DNA of 5,654 nt, taken from contig CAZYLT010000049.1 in NCBI GenBank assembly GCA_964648855.1, positions 1-5,654 on the forward strand, in the 5' to 3' direction. Below, one piece after another: positions 1 to 5,654 of the stretch (its first letter is position 1; each line of letters starts with the position of its first letter). Source of the stretch: an uncultured archaeon (lineage in GTDB: Archaea > Asgardarchaeota > Thorarchaeia > Thorarchaeales > Thorarchaeaceae). The notes beneath the pieces were generated by a model. The model ran no database searches. It worked only from the letters and a program-made list of their open reading frames with translations, and was not told the origin of the DNA. The position numbers and the translations under genes are program-made.

Positions 1-2
1 AC

Positions 3-83
3 ATCCCATCGAATGCATGGATACCGGTCAACAACTTGAAAGGACTTGAGCAGGCAGAGGATGCCATAAGAAGACTCGAGTAA
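3..83 (+). CDS. 3' end of a CDS that begins upstream of the window; probable sugar-phosphate nucleotidyltransferase (NTP_transferase family) C-terminus
   Basis: My translation of 3..83 is IPSNAWIPVNNLKGLEQAEDAIRRLE*, open from the window edge to TAA at 81-83. W-I-P-V-N-N-x-x-G-L-E-Q-A resembles the W-x-D-[IV]-[GN]-T-x-x-D-L-x-x-A C-terminal motif of nucleotidyltransferases. Only 26 codons are visible, so the product is tentative. Confidence 0.5.
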   Translation: MPSNAWIPVNNLKGLEQAEDAIRRLE

Positions 84-228
84 GGGAATTCTTTCGTGTA
101 GATTTCCTTTCAACGAATGTTTTGAATGTGACATTAGAAGAGACAATGCTTGTAGAAAGAATTGTTTCATCCGCCATATTCTTATCTGATGCATGAAGAA
201 CGCAGATAGGATACCTATGGTGTGTTCT

Positions 229-232
229 GGAG
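229..232 (+). promoter_or_regulatory. Shine-Dalgarno-like ribosome binding site (GGAG) for the ATG at 240
   Basis: In tctGGAGtatcacaATG, GGAG lies 7 nt upstream of ATG 240. This favours 240 over the GTG at 222. Confidence 0.55.
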
Positions 233-239
233 TATCACA

Positions 240-938
240 ATGAAAACAGTCATCATCCCTACACTGAATGAAGAGGAGAATATCTCTAAGTTGATATCTT
301 CTATTTATCACCACCTTGATGTAGGGGATACTACTGTCATAGTTGTTGATGATGACAGCTTGGACCGAACACAAGAAATCATTGAGGCGAAATCGGAAGA
401 ATTCCGCACACTCAAGCTGATTGTACGCAAGAACGAAAAAGGCCTCAGCACTGCAGTTAGACGTGGTGCCACAGAAGCGCCCTCAGGACCCGTTGTCACT
501 ATGGATGCAGACTTTTCTCACCATCCTCGATTTCTACCAGCAATGTTTTCCAAGTTGGAAGAGGGGTATGATATTGTCGTGGGGTCAAGATATGTCCAAG
601 GCGGACAAATAGAGGGCTGGCCAGGGAGTAGGATTGCGGTGAGCAAAATCGCCACAATGCTTGCCAGAGTGTTCTTGCGCGTCCCTGTCAAAGACCCAAT
701 GAGTGGATTTGTTGGCGTAAGAGCGCCACATATGCTGATAGATAATATAGAATATGCCGATTACAAATTCCTAATCGAGTTATTGGCAAAGAATCGGCTC
801 GCGAAAGTGACAGAAGTTCCAATTACGTTCAGGGACAGAATGTATGGAGAGAGCAAATTGGGCTCCACGACAATACTGCGATACTTGTTTCTGGTCATTC
901 GCCTACTGTTTGAGGAAATCGTGACTTCAGGGGATTAG
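240..938 (+). CDS. Polyprenol/dolichol-phosphate mannosyltransferase-like glycosyltransferase (GT2, DPM1/Ppm1-like), 232 aa, with no C-terminal membrane domain
   Basis: DPM1-like motifs occur in the expected order: VIIPTLNEEENI, VIVVDDDSLDRT, KGLSTAVRRG, MDADFSHHP (DxD), DIVVGSRYVQGG, VKDPMSGF and EVPITFRDRMYGESKL. The start is placed at ATG 240 because of the RBS and because the family's first beta-strand begins there (the ORF track uses GTG 222). Mannose specificity is inferred from family resemblance. Confidence 0.9.
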   Translation: MKTVIIPTLNEEENISKLISSIYHHLDVGDTTVIVVDDDSLDRTQEIIEAKSEEFRTLKLIVRKNEKGLSTAVRRGATEAPSGPVVTMDADFSHHPRFLPAMFSKLEEGYDIVVGSRYVQGGQIEGWPGSRIAVSKIATMLARVFLRVPVKDPMSGFVGVRAPHMLIDNIEYADYKFLIELLAKNRLAKVTEVPITFRDRMYGESKLGSTTILRYLFLVIRLLFEEIVTSGD

Positions 939-941
939 CTG

Positions 942-3065
942 ATGGTGGACATGGTGGAATCGGATGAGAATACCGGCATTCTATATCGCCTTTCCAAGAA
1001 ACGCCTCCATGTTTCAATTCTGTGTGTATTAGTTCTCAATATCGTTTTCCCAATATTACTACGAATAACTGCTGGAGTCATGTATTCGTTCTTCATAACC
1101 GTCTATGTATGGATTGCCGCCTACGCTCTGCTGCTGTTTTTGTTACTGAAATGGGAACGCTCAGTAAGAAAGCCACTGATTCAAGGACCCCTGTATTTCG
1201 CAGCGGTCTTCGTAGCGATGCTGATTTTTCGTTCAGCTTTCCTTGGCTTGGATACGTATATTTCACTAGATCCCCTGTGGTATTTGGACTATGGCAAATT
1301 CATGCAAATGGGAAGAGTGCCCTTCTCTGAGTTCTATTTTCCCTACCCTCCTTTCTTCGCCTATGTGATCTATACGGTAATGCTGATTGCACCTGCAGTG
1401 GATAGTTTCAGAATATTTGCAATGGTGATGGACGGAGCAGTTGCATTCCTCATTTGGAAATTGGCTTCGAACCACATGAATGAAACCAAGGCATCAACAG
1501 CTCTTTTGGCGTATGCCTTTCTTCCCATTTCAATAATAGAGTCAGGATGGAATGGACATTTTGAGCCACTGGCGTCTGCCTTCATGTTGATTGGATTATG
1601 GTTCATGCTGCATCGAAGACAGAAACTAAGTGCTGTCTTTCTGGCTCTAGGTGCGGTAACCAAGATCTATCCAATAGTTCTCTTACCATTTGCGCTCTTC
1701 TACATTAAGGGCCTCAGAGAGCGGTTTGAATTCTTCTTTACCGCAACAGCAACGGCGGCTCTTTCATATTTACCATTCGCATTGCATGGCCTGCTCAATT
1801 CTGGAATTTCTGGGAGCGGTAGTACCAACCCGTCAAATTTCCTATTATCTCAGTTTGAGTTCATTCTTGATTGGAGCTTTCCCAACATCCTAGTTTCTAT
1901 TCTTGCCTATGTAGGGGTTCTCATTGGTGTGCTCTTGATTGTGAAAGAGTTGGCTTTGGGCTCCGCCAGAACCTCAAGATCCAGCTATTTTTGGGCATCA
2001 GTCTTTGTAGGCATTATTCTCATAATCATGGGATTCACTGCTGTATACTATCCATTCTCCACCTTCTCAAAAGGTGTCTATTGGAGATACCCAGTTGATA
2101 TTGGCATTGTCCGAGGTGTATCATCAGCTGCAATTGGAATGGTCATACTCTTCAGGAGCTACCGCAGTTGGCAGTCCGGAACTCGTCAAATACACTCAAC
2201 AGAATCAACTCTATTTCTCTATTCCGGGGCAATTTTGTTGCTCCTATCGTTATCGAGGGATGTTTTCTATGGGTGGTATTTACTCTGGTCTGTACCATTT
2301 TTCCTTCTATTGAAGAATCGGCGGTTGGGCTTGACTATTGTTCTTGCACTCCTGCTTGTTTACCCAAGCTATACTCATGATAACTTCTCATCCGTAGGGT
2401 ATGCAGAGGCCCGCCTATGGGATGGACGGTTTCAATCATCGATGCAATGGAGCGTTTTCGTTAATACTTCTGGAGTTATTGATGATGATTTGATTCATGC
2501 TTCATTTGCAGCAAAGGAGGATAAAGGGTATTTCAGATTCAATACTACCGCAGTTACAAACAGGACATTGCTCTCTAATGTAAGCATTGTCTACACGCGC
2601 TACGTTTCCTTCCATTTCAATGATACCGTCGATTTCGCTGCACGTATCTACTCAAAATGGAACCCGACGTTCGGTGCGTATGCGTTTCTTTCAATGAAGT
2701 ATGAAGCCAGGAATGAAACTGGAGATCAGATAGAAGGCACAATAATCCCAGCTTCATCTCAGTTCACAAACCTGACAACTATTCTCTGGAGATACAGCTT
2801 CTCATCAGAATACCCATCTGCCAATGCGACAGTATACAAACTCCAAGTCGTAATTCATCCAAGAGTAACTGTTGCCTCAGAGTATGTGTTTGAAGAGATG
2901 TACACAACCTACATCGGACTATTGAACCCCGTCTATTTCCTCATTATTCCCTCACTTATTGCACTATCCCTGGTTGGCTTTGCCCTAGTACAGGAGGAAT
3001 TAAGGAGTTCATCTGACGACGAAGTAATGTATACAAAAGATAAAAAACCTACCTCGTCGCGGTAA
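942..3065 (+). CDS. Multi-pass membrane GT-C fold glycosyltransferase (GT87/DUF2029/PIG-M-like polyprenol-phosphate-sugar-dependent transferase) with an extra C-terminal extracytoplasmic domain and terminal TM anchor, 707 aa
   Basis: There are many hydrophobic segments. The first-loop motif is D110-PLWYLDYG...G-R-V-P-F...F-P-Y135-P-P, followed by G205-H-F-E (cf. GQFD/GHND), LGAVT-K241-I-Y-P and FYG-W445-YLLW-SVPF, all typical of GT87/PIG-M-like GT-C enzymes. An alternative ATG exists at 951. Confidence 0.8.
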   Translation: MVDMVESDENTGILYRLSKKRLHVSILCVLVLNIVFPILLRITAGVMYSFFITVYVWIAAYALLLFLLLKWERSVRKPLIQGPLYFAAVFVAMLIFRSAFLGLDTYISLDPLWYLDYGKFMQMGRVPFSEFYFPYPPFFAYVIYTVMLIAPAVDSFRIFAMVMDGAVAFLIWKLASNHMNETKASTALLAYAFLPISIIESGWNGHFEPLASAFMLIGLWFMLHRRQKLSAVFLALGAVTKIYPIVLLPFALFYIKGLRERFEFFFTATATAALSYLPFALHGLLNSGISGSGSTNPSNFLLSQFEFILDWSFPNILVSILAYVGVLIGVLLIVKELALGSARTSRSSYFWASVFVGIILIIMGFTAVYYPFSTFSKGVYWRYPVDIGIVRGVSSAAIGMVILFRSYRSWQSGTRQIHSTESTLFLYSGAILLLLSLSRDVFYGWYLLWSVPFFLLLKNRRLGLTIVLALLLVYPSYTHDNFSSVGYAEARLWDGRFQSSMQWSVFVNTSGVIDDDLIHASFAAKEDKGYFRFNTTAVTNRTLLSNVSIVYTRYVSFHFNDTVDFAARIYSKWNPTFGAYAFLSMKYEARNETGDQIEGTIIPASSQFTNLTTILWRYSFSSEYPSANATVYKLQVVIHPRVTVASEYVFEEMYTTYIGLLNPVYFLIIPSLIALSLVGFALVQEELRSSSDDEVMYTKDKKPTSSR

Positions 3066-3089
3066 TGCTCGTACAATCACGAAGAGGGA

Positions 3090-4385
3090 ATGTCACTCTT
3101 GAACCGGAAAGATTCGCTAAATAGGTTGGCTGTTTTTGTTGAGCACTTTCCACCCTTTCTAGGTTCTGACAGGACAATGTTTGAGTTGGCAAAGAGGGTC
3201 GCAGAGAAGGGAACTAAAGTTCATTTTATTGTGACACAGCCTCTTCGATACTTAGTTGGTCACAGGCCCGAGGATTGGAAGTATAAAGAGAATTGGAAAA
3301 ACTCCCCGCCTGATGTGCATGAGAATATCACAGCACGTTATCTTCTCGTTCACAGGTCTATAGTGGGACTATGGAGAAAATTTCCGCCATTGGCATACAT
3401 CATCACATTGTTCAGTTTCATCTTCCAGTCAATTCGTGAGGTTGGTCAGTTCAGGCCCCAGGTTATCACTGCGGCTCATGCATCCCCGATTCTGGGTGTA
3501 GTTGCAGTCTTAACTGCGAAGCTGAATCTTCGGCCCATTGTCATGGGGTGCCCCGACTGGATGTCAGCATATGCCGCAGAACTTGTGCAGGAAAGTATCA
3601 CTAGTCTTGGTCCTGTACTTCTTCAGATTGCTGAACTCCTGCTATACAAGGTTTCGGACAAGATTGTTGTCGTCACAGAATTCCTGAAGTCACTAATGAC
3701 ATCTCTAGGAATCCAATCAGCAAAACTTGTCGTCATTCCTAATGGCATAGACCCAACGCAATTTAGGCCTGATATTGATGTATCATCGATAAAGACAAAG
3801 TACCGGCTAGAAGACAGCATTGTGATTCTCTTCAGTGGGCATTTGGAAGAGTGGGCTGGATTGAGTCTACTGTATAACTTGGCTGCTCGCCTAGAACAAT
3901 CTGATGAGAGAGCTGTAATTCTAATTGTAGGTGCGGGGGATGCAATGACCGAGCTGTTTGACAAGCTTGCAAGTAACAATCTCGGTCATATGATCGTGTA
4001 TGCGGGGCTCCACCCATTTGAAGACATGCCTGCATTTACTGCAGCCAGCGACATTGCATTGTGTATTTTTCCCGACAGCAAGGTGTCTCATGCTGCGTCA
4101 CCTTTGAAGCTCTTTGAGTATATGGCCGCAGGGAAGGCAATAGTGGCCACCAAAGTAGCAGGAACAGCGGAGGTGTTATCGGACGAAACTGGAATTCTTG
4201 TCCCACCTGGTCGAATTGACCTCTTTTCTGAGGCGGTTGTAGATTTGTGCAAGGACAAAGAGTTACGAAAGAAACTGGGACAGGGAGCAAGAAATCTCGC
4301 TGTGAGCAGATACTCATGGAGAAACTTGTCCGATGAGTTTCTGAAGGTCTGTGAACATGCGTACGCAAAGGCTCTTCTGACCTGA
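3090..4385 (+). CDS. Glycosyltransferase family 4 (GT-B, WbuB-like subgroup), 431 aa
   Basis: Motifs are EHFPPFLGSDRTMFELAKRVAEKGTKVHFI (N-terminal), SDKIVVVTE, KLVVIPNGID, FSGHLEEWAGL, ILIVGAG, SPLKLFEYMAAGKAIVATKVAG, TGILVPPG and RYSW. A possible alternative start is TTG 3099, which has GAGGG about 10 nt upstream. Confidence 0.92.
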   Translation: MSLLNRKDSLNRLAVFVEHFPPFLGSDRTMFELAKRVAEKGTKVHFIVTQPLRYLVGHRPEDWKYKENWKNSPPDVHENITARYLLVHRSIVGLWRKFPPLAYIITLFSFIFQSIREVGQFRPQVITAAHASPILGVVAVLTAKLNLRPIVMGCPDWMSAYAAELVQESITSLGPVLLQIAELLLYKVSDKIVVVTEFLKSLMTSLGIQSAKLVVIPNGIDPTQFRPDIDVSSIKTKYRLEDSIVILFSGHLEEWAGLSLLYNLAARLEQSDERAVILIVGAGDAMTELFDKLASNNLGHMIVYAGLHPFEDMPAFTAASDIALCIFPDSKVSHAASPLKLFEYMAAGKAIVATKVAGTAEVLSDETGILVPPGRIDLFSEAVVDLCKDKELRKKLGQGARNLAVSRYSWRNLSDEFLKVCEHAYAKALLT

Positions 4386-4393
4386 GCTATCCC

Positions 4394-5608
4394 CTATTTT
4401 TCCAATGTCTTCTTGTAGTATTTCATAGTACGCCGTGCAGCACGATCCCACGTTTCGCGCTCAGCATATCGTTTATGCTGCCTGGAAAGATTCTCGGCAA
4501 CGGTTTTATCCCCAAGAACGTGATTCAACTTATTGGCTAGATCCTTTGCATCGCCCTTCTCGAAAAGAACTACGCTTCCATCGAGTGCATCTCTCATATG
4601 TAGTCCAACATCAGATACTATCATGGGCACGCCATACCCAGCGAAATTATGCATCGGCCCACTGGCTCCCACTGATTCAGTGTAAGGTATCACCACTGCA
4701 GATGCGGCGTGGAAGAGCATAGGCACCCTCTCCTCTGGGATATACTCATCAAGAAAAACCACCTTCTTTGCGACACCAATCTTATCAACATAGTCTTTCA
4801 GCTCGCGAAGATATTGTTCTCCATCTCTATCTTGTGGAGATCCCGCAATGACAAGAACAGTCCTCTCACCCTGTGAACCCAGTTCTCTCATCGCACCAAT
4901 CGCTGTTTCAATGCCCTTTCCCCTTCTAATGAAGCCGAAGAGCAGTATGATATCTTTATCAGCAAATCCTAGCTCATCAAGTGCCGCGTCCTTGCCAATT
5001 TTCCTGTCTAGGGTCTTACATGGGTGTGGAATCTCTAGTACCTTGTCAGGTTCCATGTCATAGGCTGCGAGAAAGGCTTTCCTTAGTCTGGAGTTGATGC
5101 CAGAGGTGGAGAGTTGAATAGTATCTGTTCCCCAGTCCAATAGCTTGTTGTAGAGCCTGAACATAGGTGGGGCTATATCAGAGAGTGGTCGCAGAGAATC
5201 ATACGTTTCTATTCTTTCCTTGACTTGGTGAGGCATCCATGTGCTATGGAGCGTTATCGTTGTCTTTATTCCAATTTGCTTGGCGAGAAGTAGCAAGAGA
5301 AGCATATACTCCCCAAACATTCCTCCATAGACCTCCCCATGTGGCCCAAACTGGACATGCAAAATATGAGGTCTGGTCTTCCTGAGAAATCTGAGGATTT
5401 TCACAATATAACTTAGTTTGCTTCCTTCCCAGATAGAGTAAGTTCTGACTCTTGGATTTTCAGGCATGATTGGCTTCGAAGTAGGCCCTCCAATTGCGGT
5501 AATCTTGATTCTAAATTGAGATACCAGACTCTCAATCAAACTTGCTGTATACGGTGCTTCACCTGCTTTTTCTGGCGGAAGCGGCGAGATTAAAGCTACC
5601 TTTAGCAT
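4394..5608 (-). CDS. Glycosyltransferase family 4, mannosyltransferase-like subfamily (cd03822-like), about 404 aa
   Basis: Motifs are MLKVALISPLPPEKAGEAPYTASL, LHVQFGPHGEVYGG, TITLHS, EIPHP, LLFGFIRRGKGIE, FLDEYIPEE, VVIPYTESVGASGP...GVPMIVSD and ETWDRAA. The stop is TAG (cta at 4394-4396). The start is either ATG 5608 (preceded by GTGA) or GTG 5617 as in the ORF track. Confidence 0.92.
   Translation of the reverse strand: MLKVALISPLPPEKAGEAPYTASLIESLVSQFRIKITAIGGPTSKPIMPENPRVRTYSIWEGSKLSYIVKILRFLRKTRPHILHVQFGPHGEVYGGMFGEYMLLLLLLAKQIGIKTTITLHSTWMPHQVKERIETYDSLRPLSDIAPPMFRLYNKLLDWGTDTIQLSTSGINSRLRKAFLAAYDMEPDKVLEIPHPCKTLDRKIGKDAALDELGFADKDIILLFGFIRRGKGIETAIGAMRELGSQGERTVLVIAGSPQDRDGEQYLRELKDYVDKIGVAKKVVFLDEYIPEERVPMLFHAASAVVIPYTESVGASGPMHNFAGYGVPMIVSDVGLHMRDALDGSVVLFEKGDAKDLANKLNHVLGDKTVAENLSRQHKRYAERETWDRAARRTMKYYKKTLEK
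4397..4401 (+). terminator. Possible oligo-T (archaeal-type) terminator for the + strand operon, lying inside the 3' end of the convergent gene
   Basis: TTTTT begins 11 nt after the TGA at 4385, within a pyrimidine-rich stretch (cccctatttttcc). No hairpin is evident. It may simply reflect the GAA AAA codons of the opposite gene. Confidence 0.2.
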
Positions 5609-5635
5609 CGAACTCACAGACTCTCTTAGGATACA

Positions 5636-5653
5636 TATTCAAAAGGCTTTCTT
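5636..5653 (-). promoter_or_regulatory. Possible archaeal BRE + TATA-like promoter for the minus-strand GT4 gene
   Basis: The minus strand reads AAGAAAGCC-TTTTGAATA, a purine-rich BRE-like stretch followed by a T/A-rich box about 28-36 nt upstream of ATG 5608. The match to TTTAWATA is imperfect and the element lies at the window edge. Confidence 0.3.
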
Positions 5654-5654
5654 G

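Noticed and set aside
222-239. GTG start at 222 adding MFWSIT to the GT2
   Set aside because: ATG 240 has a well-spaced GGAG and matches the family's usual N-terminus.
942-958. Tandem ATGGTGGA x2 at the GT-C start
   Set aside because: It is only two 8-nt copies (MVD-MVE). It matters only as start-site ambiguity (942 vs 951).
3065-3124. 19-codon mini-ORF (MLVQSRRGNVTLEPERFAK) whose ATG overlaps the GT-C stop (TAATG) and which runs out of frame over the GT4 start
   Set aside because: It is too short and featureless, and TAATG arises easily by chance. Ribosome profiling would be needed to support it.
4358-4367. Perfect 10-bp palindrome TGCGTACGCA
   Set aside because: It lies in coding sequence, and a few 10-bp palindromes are expected by chance in 5.6 kb.
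936-4396. Genome-wide TAG reassignment (pyrrolysine-type code)
   Set aside because: The minus-strand GT4 ends with TAG at its natural C-terminus, and read-through would extend it well over 100 nt into the convergent gene. No conserved domain is interrupted by TAG.
308-5063. Twelve short alternative-frame or antisense ORFs of 63-118 aa in the ORF track (e.g. 1022-1330 +, 3623-3979 -, 4036-4368 -, 4435-4722 +)
   Set aside because: All lie entirely within well-supported CDSs, show no recognisable motifs, and look like shadow ORFs.
1-5654. CRISPR arrays, tRNA/rRNA, IS elements, defence genes
   Set aside because: I saw no regularly spaced repeats, RNA-gene signatures, or transposase, integrase or nuclease motifs. 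Nearly all of the window is explained by glycosyltransferase CDSs.

Overview
A densely coding glycosylation locus, probably archaeal. The archaeal call is an inference from the N-glycosylation sequon load, GGAG/GTGA-type ribosome sites and a BRE/TATA-like element; an Asgard/Thorarchaeota origin is only an impression. On the + strand are the 3' end of a probable sugar-phosphate nucleotidyltransferase (to 83), then a tight three-gene run: a short DPM1/Ppm1-like polyprenol-phosphate glycosyltransferase (GT2, 240-938), a 707-aa multi-pass GT-C glycosyltransferase of the GT87/DUF2029/PIG-M-like type (942-3065), and a GT4 enzyme (3090-4385). A second GT4 (cd03822 mannosyltransferase-like) converges from the - strand (4394-5608). 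The most unusual element is the GT-C protein's extra ~190-aa membrane-anchored C-terminal domain, in which all 10 Asn fall in N-X-S/T triplets (9 are valid sequons). Together the genes could form a self-contained pathway from NDP-sugar to lipid-P-sugar to an extracytoplasmic transfer, resembling GPI, PIM or lipid-linked oligosaccharide synthesis. No RNA genes, CRISPR arrays or mobile elements were seen.
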